A stretch of DNA of 46,852 bases from Gammaproteobacteria bacterium (GCA_965660795.1 CBFIBF010000006.1:1-46852), one strand, 5' to 3'. Positions 9,622-20,375 are shown, counted from the first letter of the stretch. Made by a program: numbers and translations. The notes: generated by a model not told the origin, from the letters alone.

Positions 9622-10440
9622 TTAATTTAACTCCACAGGTCTGGCATTATTTATATTAATTATATTTTTTATAAGAATTTCTATATCATTGATATTTAGA
9701 CAATTATCACCATCACTTATGGCATTAGCAGGGTCTGGATGAGATTCAACAAATAGACCATCAACTCCAACCGCACATGCAGCTCTTGCTAGTGGGATAA
9801 TAAATTTACTATCACCGCTAGATGCACCAATTTTAGCACCCGGCCTTTGCACAGAATGAGATGCATCATAAACAATGGGGCAGTCATTTTCTTTCATAAT
9901 AACTAATGACCTCATGTCAGAAACAAGGTTATTATAACCAAACATATACCCTCTTTCACATAGATAAATATTTTTATTCCCTGTTGAATAAGCTTTATCT
10001 AGAACAAACTTCATCTCTTCAGGCGACATAAATTGACCCTTTTTAATGTTTAGAGACGCCTGAGTAGATGCAACTTTGGTAATAAAATCTGTTTGTCTAC
10101 ATAGAAATGCAGGAGTCTGCAAAACATCTACAACATCAGCTACTTCATCAAATGGCGTATATTCATGAACATCTGTCAGAACAGGAATTTCAAATGTATT
10201 TCTCACCTTATTAAGAATTTCAAGACCATCTTTAATACCCACTCCTCTCTTTGATGTTATTGACGATCTATTCGCTTTATCGAATGAAGACTTGTAAATA
10301 AAATTGATATCATACTTTTCGGTGATGTTTTTTAAATACTCAGCAGTTAACATTGCTGTTTTCTCAGATTCAATAGCGCATGGTCCAGAAATAATAGTTA
10401 AGTATTCTTTAGATACTAATTTAAATTTATTTTGTTTCAT
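9622..10440 (-). CDS. kdsA: KDO8P synthase
   Basis: GPCAIES, KSSFDKANRSS, PAFLCRQTD, KKGQFM, DASHSVQ; start set at MKQNKF (10440). Confidence 0.97.
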   Translation of the reverse strand: MKQNKFKLVSKEYLTIISGPCAIESEKTAMLTAEYLKNITEKYDINFIYKSSFDKANRSSITSKRGVGIKDGLEILNKVRNTFEIPVLTDVHEYTPFDEVADVVDVLQTPAFLCRQTDFITKVASTQASLNIKKGQFMSPEEMKFVLDKAYSTGNKNIYLCERGYMFGYNNLVSDMRSLVIMKENDCPIVYDASHSVQRPGAKIGASSGDSKFIIPLARAACAVGVDGLFVESHPDPANAISDGDNCLNINDIEILIKNIININNARPVELN

Positions 10441-12043
10441 AAGATGTTTTAATGAAATTATTAAATAGGGGATGGCCATTCATTGGTGATGAAGTAAATT
10501 CAGGATGAAATTGGCTTGCCAAATACCAAGGATGATTTTTTAGCTCAAGTATTTCAACTAAATTATAATCTCCAGAGAATCCAGAAAACAATAAATCAGA
10601 ATCATTAAAATAAGATATATATTTATTATTTACCTCATATCGATGCCTATGTCTCTCAGTGATAGTCTTTTTCTTATACAATTTATGCGCTAAAGAAGGT
10701 GTAATAAGACTACATTCTTGTGCGCCTAACCGCATAGTTCCTCCAAGATTTTTAGTTGTCCCCTTCATATTACCTTTTAGAAAATCCTCCCATTCTGAAA
10801 CAAGAGATATTACGGGATATGGTGTATTCATGTCAAATTCAGTACTATTTGCTTTTTTAAAGCCAAGAACATTTCTAGCATACTCAATAACAGATATTTG
10901 CATACCTAAACAAATACCTAAATAAGGTATATTTTTAGTACGCGCATGTTTTGCCGTAAGAATCTTGCCTTCAATACCTCGATTTCCAAATCCACCTGGC
11001 ACTACTATACCTTGTAAATTATTGAGTAATTTCATATTTGATTTCTTTATATCTTCAGAGTCAATAAACTTAATTTCTAATGAAATTTGATTATGTATAG
11101 ACGCATGTAAAAGAGATTCATTTAAAGATTTATAAGAATCTTCTAATTCAACATACTTCCCGACCATACCAATAGTCAGTTTTTTATTACATTTTTTAAT
11201 CTTATTAGTAAAATTTATCCAAGGTTTGATAACAGACTTCTTGTTTGGTAATTTAAGTTTTTTAAGTATGTAGCTATCAATTTTTTGCTGTTTATAGTCA
11301 ATAGGTATCTCATATATTGATGATGCATCTTGAGCCGAAAAAACAGCCTCATCGGATACATTGGTAAATAATGATATTTTGCTTTTGATATGACTATTTA
11401 ACTTATTTTTAGCACGACATAATAATATATCTGGTTGTATCCCTATAGATCTTAATTCTTTGACAGAATGCTGTGTGGGTTTTGTTTTAATTTCATTTGT
11501 AACTTCAACCAGCGGCAGGAGCGTTAAATGAATGAATAATGTATGGCCATCATTCATTTCCATATTCAGCTGTCTAATCGATTCAAGGAAAGGTAATGAT
11601 TCTATATCTCCTACAGTACCACCAACCTCAACAAATGAGACGTCTGCACCTTTAGAACCTAATTTTATTAATTTTTTTATTTCATCAGTGACATGTGGTA
11701 TCACCTGTACTGTACTACCAAGGTATTTTCCTTCTCTTTCCTTTTTAATTACATTTGAGTAAACTTTTCCTGCAGTTACATTTGAATTTTGATTCATAGT
11801 AATACCAACAAATCTTTCGTAATGACCAAGATCAAGATCTGTCTCTGCTCCATCTTCAGTAACAAACACTTCACCATGTTGAAAAGGACTCATAGTTCCA
11901 GGATCAAGATTGATGTATGGGTCGAGTTTTTGTAAGGAGACTTTATAGCCTCGCAGTTTGAACAATGACGCTAGGGAGGCGGCGGCAATACCTTTTCCAA
12001 GGGATGAAACAACACCACCTGTAATAAATATATATCTAGCCAT
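10427..12043 (-). CDS. pyrG: CTP synthase
   Basis: TGGVVSSLGKG, KTKPTQHSV, GICLGMQ, ERHRHRYE, QFHPEF. Confidence 0.99.
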   Translation of the reverse strand: MARYIFITGGVVSSLGKGIAAASLASLFKLRGYKVSLQKLDPYINLDPGTMSPFQHGEVFVTEDGAETDLDLGHYERFVGITMNQNSNVTAGKVYSNVIKKEREGKYLGSTVQVIPHVTDEIKKLIKLGSKGADVSFVEVGGTVGDIESLPFLESIRQLNMEMNDGHTLFIHLTLLPLVEVTNEIKTKPTQHSVKELRSIGIQPDILLCRAKNKLNSHIKSKISLFTNVSDEAVFSAQDASSIYEIPIDYKQQKIDSYILKKLKLPNKKSVIKPWINFTNKIKKCNKKLTIGMVGKYVELEDSYKSLNESLLHASIHNQISLEIKFIDSEDIKKSNMKLLNNLQGIVVPGGFGNRGIEGKILTAKHARTKNIPYLGICLGMQISVIEYARNVLGFKKANSTEFDMNTPYPVISLVSEWEDFLKGNMKGTTKNLGGTMRLGAQECSLITPSLAHKLYKKKTITERHRHRYEVNNKYISYFNDSDLLFSGFSGDYNLVEILELKNHPWYLASQFHPEFTSSPMNGHPLFNNFIKTSYETK

Positions 12044-12055
12044 TCAGATGCTTAA

Positions 12056-12061
12056 ATTATA
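12056..12061 (-). promoter_or_regulatory. Putative -10 element of pyrG (very short leader)
   Basis: Minus strand reads TATAAT-ttaagcatctga-ATG with no SD. Confidence 0.4.
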
Positions 12062-12087
12062 ATGCATAAAGGTGAAAAGATATAGAT

Positions 12088-13365
12088 TTATCTTATATAA
12101 GATGAAATAAATATATGGTTCTCACTATACGCAACCAACAGAGTTTCTTGAGAAAAAAACAATATAAATCTATCTCTTTCCCATGTAGGAATTGAGTTAC
12201 TTTGGAAAACTTTTTTTAAATATTGAGAAAAGTTCTTATTTAATGATATCTTTTCCTTTCCATTAAATGATTTAAGAGTTATGGGTGCTTTATTAGATAA
12301 ATAATCATATATGCCTTTTTCTTTTAGTTTTTCGATTAATATTTTACTTTTTCCGAAAACAATATCACTTTGTAGATCCCAAACTTTATCTTTTATTAAA
12401 AGCTTTTCATGAGCAGAGAGTATGTATAAAGTATTATTATATTTTGTAATTATTTTCTCATTTAATAAATATCTTGGATAATCATTATTATTACTATTCA
12501 TTATATTTAATAGATTTAATAAATCATTCTTAGAGAGTTTATAATCAATATTTGACTCAACCCAAAATTTAATGAATATAGTATGTATGTGATCTGGAAA
12601 GACTTTGAGTCTATTTATTTCAAGATTATCATTGATAATAATATCATTATATATTTTATCGCAATAATCATTTGCCATTTTATTATACTGATCCTGTAAT
12701 AAAATATTATGGTGCATAACCTGATTAAGCTTTGGCCATATTTTTTTTATAGGAGGGATGATTTTTTTTCTAATATAATTTCTATGATAATTTAAATCAT
12801 CGTTAGTTGCATCATTTACAAAATCCAAACTAAATTTTTCAGCAAGATTAATGAGTATGCTTTTTGAAATAGATAAAAATGGTCTGTAAATAATTTTATC
12901 ATTTTTTATGGATATTTTTTTCATAGATGATAAACCAATTGGAGATGAACCTCGAAATAAGCGATAAAAAAATGTTTCAACCTGATCATCTAAATGATGA
13001 GCAAGTACAAGGGATTCATTTTTCGATAGTGTGTTAAGAAATATTTCATATCTTTTTTCTCTGAGATATTCTTCTACATTTGAAGTCTTAGTTGGCTGAA
13101 TATGTTTTATGACAAGGTCTACATCATATTGATTACATATGTGGATACAACGTCTTTCCATTTCATTTGAATTTTTTGAAAAGTTATGATTGATGTGAAC
13201 AGCTCTAAAATTATAACCATATGTCAATTTCAATTCATAAATTATTGATAGAAGTACAAGTGAATCAACTCCGCCGCTGATACCGACAAGAAAGTCTTTA
13301 TATTTTGATTTATTAAGTAAGTTACTTACAAGCTGTTTAGCTTTAGGAAGATTCAAATTGTCCAT
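12088..13365 (-). CDS. tilS: tRNA(Ile)-lysidine synthetase
   Basis: PP-loop SGGVDS, HINH, AHHLDDQVETF, RNYIR; accA-tilS-pyrG synteny. Confidence 0.96.
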   Translation of the reverse strand: MDNLNLPKAKQLVSNLLNKSKYKDFLVGISGGVDSLVLLSIIYELKLTYGYNFRAVHINHNFSKNSNEMERRCIHICNQYDVDLVIKHIQPTKTSNVEEYLREKRYEIFLNTLSKNESLVLAHHLDDQVETFFYRLFRGSSPIGLSSMKKISIKNDKIIYRPFLSISKSILINLAEKFSLDFVNDATNDDLNYHRNYIRKKIIPPIKKIWPKLNQVMHHNILLQDQYNKMANDYCDKIYNDIIINDNLEINRLKVFPDHIHTIFIKFWVESNIDYKLSKNDLLNLLNIMNSNNNDYPRYLLNEKIITKYNNTLYILSAHEKLLIKDKVWDLQSDIVFGKSKILIEKLKEKGIYDYLSNKAPITLKSFNGKEKISLNKNFSQYLKKVFQSNSIPTWERDRFILFFSQETLLVAYSENHIFISSYIR

Positions 13366-14308
13366 AAGATGAAATTTTTGAATTTCTAAATTCTAAAAGC
13401 TCTGAAATAGGAATTATTTCTACCTCATCAATCAATTCATTGATATTAGTTTTCAGTGAAGAATACATGGCATTATAATCTCTATGTGCTGCACCAATAG
13501 GTTCTGGAATAATCTTATCAATTAATTTATGTTCTAATAATTTTTTTGAAGTTATAGATAGTGCTTCTGCAGCAATATTTGCTTTAGATGCATCTTTCCA
13601 AAGAATGGAAGCGCATCCTTCGGGGCTAATGACAGAATAAATACTATATTGAAGCATTGCCAACTTATCTGCCACACCAATTGCAAGTGCGCCACCCGAT
13701 CCTCCCTCTCCTATCACTATAGATATGATAGGACATTTAATTTTTGACATTTGGTAAAGATTATCAGCTATTGCAATGCTTTGATTCCTTGATTCAGCAT
13801 CTATGCCAGGATATGCGCCTGGAGTATCAATGAACGTAACGATTGGTATTTTAAATTTTTCCGCAAGTTTCATTGCTCGCAACGCTTTTCTATATCCCTC
13901 AGGTTTAGGCATACCAAAGTTTCTAAAAACTTTATCTTTTGAATCTCTTCCCTTTTGATGTCCAATTAACATAATTGATCTTCCATCAAGCTTTGCTAAT
14001 CCACAAATAATCGCCTTGTCATCACCAAACATTCTATCTCCATGAATCTCTACAAAATCATCAAAAATATTAGAAACATAATCAAGCGTGTAAGGGCGCA
14101 AAGGATGTCTTGCGATTTGAGAGATTTGCCAATCAGATAAAGAAGAAAATATTTTAGAGATATTTTTCTCTAACTCTTTATTTAATGAATCAATCTTATT
14201 TCTGTCTCCTTGAGATGTGGTAGCGCTAGTTTTAATTGATGCAATCTTATTTTCTATTTCTAATAGAGGCTGTTCAAAATCAAGGTAGTTTAGATTATAT
14301 TCTGACAT
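13343..14308 (-). CDS. accA: Acetyl-CoA carboxylase carboxyltransferase alpha subunit
   Basis: YLDFEQP, ARHPLRP, FGMPKPEGYRKA, GEGGSGGALA, SVISPEGCASILW. Confidence 0.99.
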   Translation of the reverse strand: MSEYNLNYLDFEQPLLEIENKIASIKTSATTSQGDRNKIDSLNKELEKNISKIFSSLSDWQISQIARHPLRPYTLDYVSNIFDDFVEIHGDRMFGDDKAIICGLAKLDGRSIMLIGHQKGRDSKDKVFRNFGMPKPEGYRKALRAMKLAEKFKIPIVTFIDTPGAYPGIDAESRNQSIAIADNLYQMSKIKCPIISIVIGEGGSGGALAIGVADKLAMLQYSIYSVISPEGCASILWKDASKANIAAEALSITSKKLLEHKLIDKIIPEPIGAAHRDYNAMYSSLKTNINELIDEVEIIPISELLEFRNSKISSYGQFESS

Positions 14309-14314
14309 CTCTAC

Positions 14315-14320
14315 ATTATA
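14315..14320 (-). promoter_or_regulatory. Putative -10 element giving a leaderless accA transcript
   Basis: Minus strand reads TATAAT-gtagag-ATG. Confidence 0.5.
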
Positions 14321-14342
14321 ATTATTATCATTAATAATTCTA

Positions 14343-17300
14343 TTAGTATTTGATTATAACATTTTTAGTACCAACAATGGATTGCAATGATTGCATTAAT
14401 TTATTGTTGATTTTAATAGATATCTCTTTCTTGAATCTTATTGGAACAAGAAGATCTCTAGATACATAGCATATTGTTACTTTAGTATTTCCTGCTTCAG
14501 ATTCAGAAATAATATTTTTGATAGACTGTAAAGTTTCTTTTGATTTTAAATCAGAAGTCAATATGATTTCAATATATTTAGAGTGTCTTTCTCTGGCATC
14601 ATTTAATGAATAAACGTTATCTACTCTCATTGAAAGTTGTGAGTCATATTCATCAATATAAGTTTCTCCATGAAGAAATAAAATTACATCCTCTTTGATA
14701 AGATGCTTGTAAGCGAGATATTTTTCCTCAAAAAATGAAGCATTAATAAATCCACTGCCGTCATCTACTTTGAATATATTAAGATATTTATTTTTACCTA
14801 TCTTTTGTATACGAGAATCTATAATGACGCCGGATATAGTTGTATTTAGCTTTGTTATAGAATTATTAATAATATAGTTGTTTATAGATAAAATATTCTT
14901 TAAGTTCATGTCATTTAATTCATCATGATATGATTCCATTGGATGTCTAGACATATAATAACCAAGAACTTTTCTTTCCATTATAAGCTCTTTATTTGAG
15001 GGAGAAATTTTGATTATTTTTTTTTGAATATTAGATTGTGATGATGATTCTGATGAGGAAAAAAGTTCATTTTGACCAGCCGCTATATCAAGTTGGTTTT
15101 TCTGTCCTTGTGACATAATGATATTAAGGTTTTCTATGGTAGACAATCTTGAAAATTCATTTATGTTGTCAAAGCAGCCCGATGATATTAATGCATCTAT
15201 AGTGCCTGAATTGACAGTATTTAAATTTACTCTTGAGCAGAAATCTTCAATATTTTTATATGGTCCAGTTTTATTTCTAATTTCACAAATATGTCTTGCT
15301 GCATTATCACCAACACCCTTAATAGCACATAAACCATAACTGATTGTATCTTTCTTTTCAGGAAGAAATCGATAACTTGATGAATTTATATCTGGTGATA
15401 AAACAACTATGCCCATTTCATTACATGCAGATAATAAATTAATAATTTTATTCGTATTATCCATATCTGAGGACATAGCGGCAGCAAGAAATTCACTGGT
15501 ATAGTATGCTTTAAGATAAGCAGTTTGATAGGATAACATTGCATACGCAACAGAATGAGATTTATTGAAACCATATCCAGCAAACTTTTCCATCTTATCA
15601 AAAATAGAAATTGCGGTTATTTCATTTATGTTATTTTTCTTACATCCATTTATAAATCTTGATCTGTGATTTTCCATTTCTTTTTGTTTTTTCTTGCCCA
15701 TTGCTCTTCTCAATAGATCAGCATCACCAAGTGAATAACCACCTAAAGATTTAGCAATTTCCATTACTTGTTCTTGATATAATATTAATCCATTTGTCTC
15801 AGAGAGTATCTTTTCTAGTAATGGATGTTCATATTTGATCTCAGCTCCGTGTTTATTTGCAATAAAGTCATCAACCATATTTGTTCCAAGGGGACCAGGT
15901 CTATATAAAGCAACTAAAGCTACAATATCCTCAAATTTATCTGGCATTAATTGAGCCATATATTTTTTCATTCCTAATGATTCAAGTTGAAAAATACCCG
16001 TTGTCATTTTCTTTTTTAGAAGTGAAAAAACTTTACTGTCATCAAGCGGTATAGAGTTTAATTCGAAAGTATATTTATTTTTTTTAATCAATTTCAATGT
16101 ATCATCAATCACGGTAAGTGTTGTAAGTCCAAGAATATCGAACTTTACAAGACCTAAAGATTCAATATCATCTTTATCAAATTGAGTGATAAGTTCGTCT
16201 TTATCCTCTAAAGAATAAACGGGCATAAAATCTGTAATATCTGATGGTGCTATAACTATACCAGCTGCATGTGTTCCTGCACCACGCGGAAGTCCTTCAA
16301 TTTTTTTAGCTAAATCTATAAGTGTCTTTACGTCGTCTTTAGTTTTATATTCTTTTGAGAGCTCTTTACTGGCTTTTAGAGCTTCATCTATAGTGATACC
16401 GAGCGTAAATGGTACTAGCTTGGCAATTGTGTCAACAAATCCATATGTATAATCTAGAACTCTGCCAACATCTCTTATTACAGCTCGTGCAGATAGTGTA
16501 TTGTAAGTTATGATTTGTGATACTTTATCCTGTCCGTATGTATCAATGATATGATCAATAACCCTCTGACGCTTATTCATACAAAAATCTATATCGAAAT
16601 CAGGCATTGATATTCGTTCGGGATTTAAAAACCTCTCAAAAAGCAAATTGTATTTAAGCGGATCAATGTTTGTAATACCTAGAACAAAAGCTACTAACGA
16701 TCCTGCTCCAGAGCCTCTTCCAGGACCGACCGGAACATCGTTTTTTCTTGCCCACGTAATAAATTCTTGAACGATAAGAAAATAGCTGGAAAAGCCCATA
16801 TTATTTATTACTCGAATTTCCTCTTCAAGCCTTTCTTCATAAATTTTGTTATCAAATGTGCTTGAACATAAATAATCTTTCAGTCCATCATTACAGAGAT
16901 CATTAAAATACTGTGTGTCATTTTTATTTGATGGGTTTGTAAATTTAGGTAAATGATACTTAAAATCAGGGAATTTAAAATTACATCTCTCTACGATATT
17001 TTCTACATTAGTGAGAGCAGATTTCAAATCTTTATACAAAGATGCCATTTCTTTTGTAGTTTTAAAATATTGATTTGTAGAGTAATCGTCTTGGTTTACC
17101 CTATCGTCTAACTTAGTTTTTTGAATTATTGATACTTTAACCTCGTTAGCCTCATAATCAGAATCAGTCATAAATATGACATCATTGGTTGCTACAATGG
17201 GTAAATTAAGATTCCGAGCATATGTTAATGATAATGAATTATATTCTTTTTCATTAGTTCTGTTAGTCCTATCGATTTCAACATAGAATCTATCAATAAA

Positions 17301-17768
17301 TATTTCAGATAATTTTGAAATAATATCATGCATGATCTCATTTGGATGTCTTAGTAGACTTAAACCATTAATGCCATTTCTTCCTCCGGACAAACATAAT
17401 AAATCAGAATTATATTTTTTTAGAGTTTCAATATTTGAACCTAGATAAGATGATCTTGATTTGTGTATTAAAGACAATATTTTGTTTATATTGTAATAAC
17501 CTTCAAGGTTTTGACAGAGTAAAACAATATTACCAACACATATATTATTTTTATAAAGCAATGGAATCTCACAGCCAATGATTGGTTTGATAGATGCTTC
17601 AATGCATTTGTTATAAAATTTAACAGCTCCAAATATATTTAAATAATCTGTCAGTGCTAATGATTTGAAATTGTTTTTCTTAGCGAAACTGACTAAATCA
17701 TCTATCTTGATGGTCCCTGAATTCAATGAATATGCAGTGTGTAAATGTAAATGAGTAAAATTATTCAT
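14343..17768 (-). CDS. dnaE: DNA polymerase III alpha subunit
   Basis: PHP HLHLHTAYS, GPGRGSGAGS, MPDFDIDF, YGFNKSH, clamp-binding-like QNELF; start set at MNNFTH (17768). Confidence 0.99.
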   Translation of the reverse strand: MNNFTHLHLHTAYSLNSGTIKIDDLVSFAKKNNFKSLALTDYLNIFGAVKFYNKCIEASIKPIIGCEIPLLYKNNICVGNIVLLCQNLEGYYNINKILSLIHKSRSSYLGSNIETLKKYNSDLLCLSGGRNGINGLSLLRHPNEIMHDIISKLSEIFIDRFYVEIDRTNRTNEKEYNSLSLTYARNLNLPIVATNDVIFMTDSDYEANEVKVSIIQKTKLDDRVNQDDYSTNQYFKTTKEMASLYKDLKSALTNVENIVERCNFKFPDFKYHLPKFTNPSNKNDTQYFNDLCNDGLKDYLCSSTFDNKIYEERLEEEIRVINNMGFSSYFLIVQEFITWARKNDVPVGPGRGSGAGSLVAFVLGITNIDPLKYNLLFERFLNPERISMPDFDIDFCMNKRQRVIDHIIDTYGQDKVSQIITYNTLSARAVIRDVGRVLDYTYGFVDTIAKLVPFTLGITIDEALKASKELSKEYKTKDDVKTLIDLAKKIEGLPRGAGTHAAGIVIAPSDITDFMPVYSLEDKDELITQFDKDDIESLGLVKFDILGLTTLTVIDDTLKLIKKNKYTFELNSIPLDDSKVFSLLKKKMTTGIFQLESLGMKKYMAQLMPDKFEDIVALVALYRPGPLGTNMVDDFIANKHGAEIKYEHPLLEKILSETNGLILYQEQVMEIAKSLGGYSLGDADLLRRAMGKKKQKEMENHRSRFINGCKKNNINEITAISIFDKMEKFAGYGFNKSHSVAYAMLSYQTAYLKAYYTSEFLAAAMSSDMDNTNKIINLLSACNEMGIVVLSPDINSSSYRFLPEKKDTISYGLCAIKGVGDNAARHICEIRNKTGPYKNIEDFCSRVNLNTVNSGTIDALISSGCFDNINEFSRLSTIENLNIIMSQGQKNQLDIAAGQNELFSSSESSSQSNIQKKIIKISPSNKELIMERKVLGYYMSRHPMESYHDELNDMNLKNILSINNYIINNSITKLNTTISGVIIDSRIQKIGKNKYLNIFKVDDGSGFINASFFEEKYLAYKHLIKEDVILFLHGETYIDEYDSQLSMRVDNVYSLNDARERHSKYIEIILTSDLKSKETLQSIKNIISESEAGNTKVTICYVSRDLLVPIRFKKEISIKINNKLMQSLQSIVGTKNVIIKY

Positions 17769-18324
17769 ACTGTTCGAAAAATGAGTCTCTATGATAAATG
17801 GTTTTACCAAATGATGCTATTGCTTGTTTATGTTGTCTTGTTAAATAACCTTTATTTTCCTTTAAACAATACATGGGATATCTAGTATCAATATAGTTCA
17901 TCTCAAAATCTCTCGTTACCTTTGCTACAATGGATGCTGCAGAGATTTGTTTGATTTTATCGTCTCCCTTAATTATTGACCTGCATTCAATATCAATGTC
18001 TGGTAAGTGGCTACCGTCAACTAGTACTAAATTCGGCTTTACATAAAGATTATCTATAGCTCGTTTCATACTTAGTAATGTAGCATTGTGTATATTTATT
18101 AAATCAATTTCTTCTTTAGTGGCAATTCCAACTGATACACTCAAAGAGGTTTGAATGATTTTATTTGCTATATCTATTCTCTTTTTTTCAGCTAATTTCT
18201 TAGAATCTATAAAATCATTAGTGGGCGTATTATTACATAATATAACTGCAGCAGAGACAACTGAACCAACAATGCTTCCTCTGCCTACTTCATCAACTCC
18301 TGCTATTATTTTCCTTGATTGCAT
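17761..18324 (-). CDS. rnhB: Ribonuclease HII
   Basis: AGVDEVGRG, DSKKL, VDG, KGD...ISAASIVAKVTRD. Confidence 0.98.
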   Translation of the reverse strand: MQSRKIIAGVDEVGRGSIVGSVVSAAVILCNNTPTNDFIDSKKLAEKKRIDIANKIIQTSLSVSVGIATKEEIDLINIHNATLLSMKRAIDNLYVKPNLVLVDGSHLPDIDIECRSIIKGDDKIKQISAASIVAKVTRDFEMNYIDTRYPMYCLKENKGYLTRQHKQAIASFGKTIYHRDSFFEQYE

Positions 18325-18375
18325 CTAAATGGTATATAATGTGATATCGCCAATCACTATAAATAATAATATATT

Positions 18376-19287
18376 ATGACTACTAAAATTAGAATTGGAA
18401 TAATAGGATTAGGGTACCTGGGTAAATTTCATTATCAAAAGTATATGTTAAACCCATCTGTGAATGTAACATCTGTTGTAGATACCGACCAGACTAATTT
18501 TAAAATTATCAAGAATAGTAATATCTTTAGATCTAAATCATATAAAGATATTCTTGATAAAGTTGATGCTGTATCTATAGTTACGCCAACAATAACTCAT
18601 TATAAAATTGCTAAATTTTTCTTGGAAAATAAAAAGCATGTTCTTCTTGAGAAACCAATGACTGAAACTGTCAGCCAAGCAAGCTTGATCAATAAAATAG
18701 CAAAAAAAAATAAATGCATATTACAAATTGGTCACTTAGAACAATTTAACCCTGCTATTAAGAAATTAAAGTCACAACTCAAAAATCCAGAATTTATTGA
18801 AGTTCATCGCTTATGCAAATTTAATCCTAGAGCAACAGATGTTGACGTTGTTTTGGATTTAATGATACATGATATAGATATTGTTTTATCACTGGTCAAT
18901 CAGGAGATAAAAAAAATATCTGTGTCAGGAAAGAAAGTAATTACAGAATTAATAGATATAGCAAACGTTCGAATAGAATTTAAAAATAATATTGTTGCTA
19001 ATTTAACGGCAAGCAGAATAAGTACTAAGAATGAGCGTAAAATGAGAATATTTTTAAAAAACTCTTACTATTCTGTTGATTTTATTAATAATGAGTTGAA
19101 AAAGCTCAATAAGAATAAAAACAATACGTTTAATCATATTGACTATAAGTTCAAAAAATCTGATTCTCTACGTGATGAGATAAATAATTTCATAAAAGCT
19201 TGTTATGGCAAAGATAAATCTGTAACCACCGGGATAGATGGACAAAAAGCCTTAGCTGTAGCTAAAAAAATTACAAGGAATTTTTAA
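18376..19287 (+). CDS. gnnA: Gfo/Idh/MocA oxidoreductase, probable UDP-GlcNAc 3-dehydrogenase
   Basis: GLGYLG, EKP, GHLEQFNP, DVVLDLMIHDID, ASRIS; located with a DegT aminotransferase and lpxB beside lpxA. Confidence 0.85.
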   Translation: MTTKIRIGIIGLGYLGKFHYQKYMLNPSVNVTSVVDTDQTNFKIIKNSNIFRSKSYKDILDKVDAVSIVTPTITHYKIAKFFLENKKHVLLEKPMTETVSQASLINKIAKKNKCILQIGHLEQFNPAIKKLKSQLKNPEFIEVHRLCKFNPRATDVDVVLDLMIHDIDIVLSLVNQEIKKISVSGKKVITELIDIANVRIEFKNNIVANLTASRISTKNERKMRIFLKNSYYSVDFINNELKKLNKNKNNTFNHIDYKFKKSDSLRDEINNFIKACYGKDKSVTTGIDGQKALAVAKKITRNF

Positions 19288-19289
19288 CA

Positions 19290-20375
19290 ATGATAAAATC
19301 ATTTGACTTAACTGAACAATATAAAAAATTAGAAAATAAAATTAATAGAAAGGTGCATGAAGTTCTTGCGTCTGGAAATTATATATTAGGTGAGAATGTT
19401 AAATTTTTTGAAAAAAGAATAAACGATTATCTTGGAAGTAAATATTCAGTTAGTTGTAATTCTGGTACTGATGCATTAATTTTATCACTTAGAGCAATGG
19501 GTATCGAAAAAGGTGATGAAGTAATCACAACACCATTTACATATTTTGCTAGTTCAGAGGCAATATCGCTTGTTGGAGCAACACCGGTGTTTGCAGATAT
19601 TAATCCTCATACCTTCAATATTAATCCCAAAAATATAAGAAAAATGATTAATAGAAAAACAAAAGCAATCTTATCAGTCCATATTTTTGGACAAACATGT
19701 AAATTAGATGAAATTAATACTCTAGCAAAAGAGTATAACATTGCTCATATAGAGGATTGTGCTCAATCTTTCGGCGCAACTCACAATAATAAACAAAGTG
19801 GAACATTTGGTGAATTTGGATGCTTTAGTTTTTTTCCAACAAAAAACCTTGGATGTTTTGGTGATGGAGGTTTGATTACTGCAAAAAATAAGAAAGCTTA
19901 TAATCTATTATTGAAACTTCGTACCCATGGTGGAATCAAGAGGAATCAACATGATGTAATTGGATATAATAGTCGACTAGATGAATTACAAGCCGCCATT
20001 TTGACAGTTAAATTACCATACATCAATAAGTTCATAGAGAATAGAAGAGCTGTCGCGAAAATGTATTTCAAATTGATAAATAACGAAAAAATTATATTAC
20101 CTTTTGTAGATAAAAATTCTAAGCATACTTTTAATCAATTTACTTTGAGAGTTAAGAATAGAAACAAATTTGAAAAACATCTGAAGCAAAATAAAATCCC
20201 TTATGGGATTTATTATTCAAAGCCAATATATAAATATAAAGCTTATGATATATATAAATACAACCCCCTGCCAATGGTTGAGAAAATATCAAAAGAATGT
20301 ATATCAATACCTATATATCCTGAGTTAAAAACAAATGATATAAAAATGATATGTAATGTTATAAATGAATATTAA
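19290..20375 (+). CDS. gnnB: DegT/DnrJ PLP aminotransferase, probable UDP-3-keto-GlcNAc transaminase
   Basis: NSGTDAL, IEDCAQSFGA, SFFPTKNLGCFGDGG, GYNSRLDELQAA; between gnnA and lpxB. Confidence 0.85.
   Translation: MIKSFDLTEQYKKLENKINRKVHEVLASGNYILGENVKFFEKRINDYLGSKYSVSCNSGTDALILSLRAMGIEKGDEVITTPFTYFASSEAISLVGATPVFADINPHTFNINPKNIRKMINRKTKAILSVHIFGQTCKLDEINTLAKEYNIAHIEDCAQSFGATHNNKQSGTFGEFGCFSFFPTKNLGCFGDGGLITAKNKKAYNLLLKLRTHGGIKRNQHDVIGYNSRLDELQAAILTVKLPYINKFIENRRAVAKMYFKLINNEKIILPFVDKNSKHTFNQFTLRVKNRNKFEKHLKQNKIPYGIYYSKPIYKYKAYDIYKYNPLPMVEKISKECISIPIYPELKTNDIKMICNVINEY

Noticed and set aside
17100-17768. DnaE PHP domain lacking several metal-ligand histidines
   Set aside because: Normal for proteobacterial DnaE1, which relies on DnaQ for proofreading
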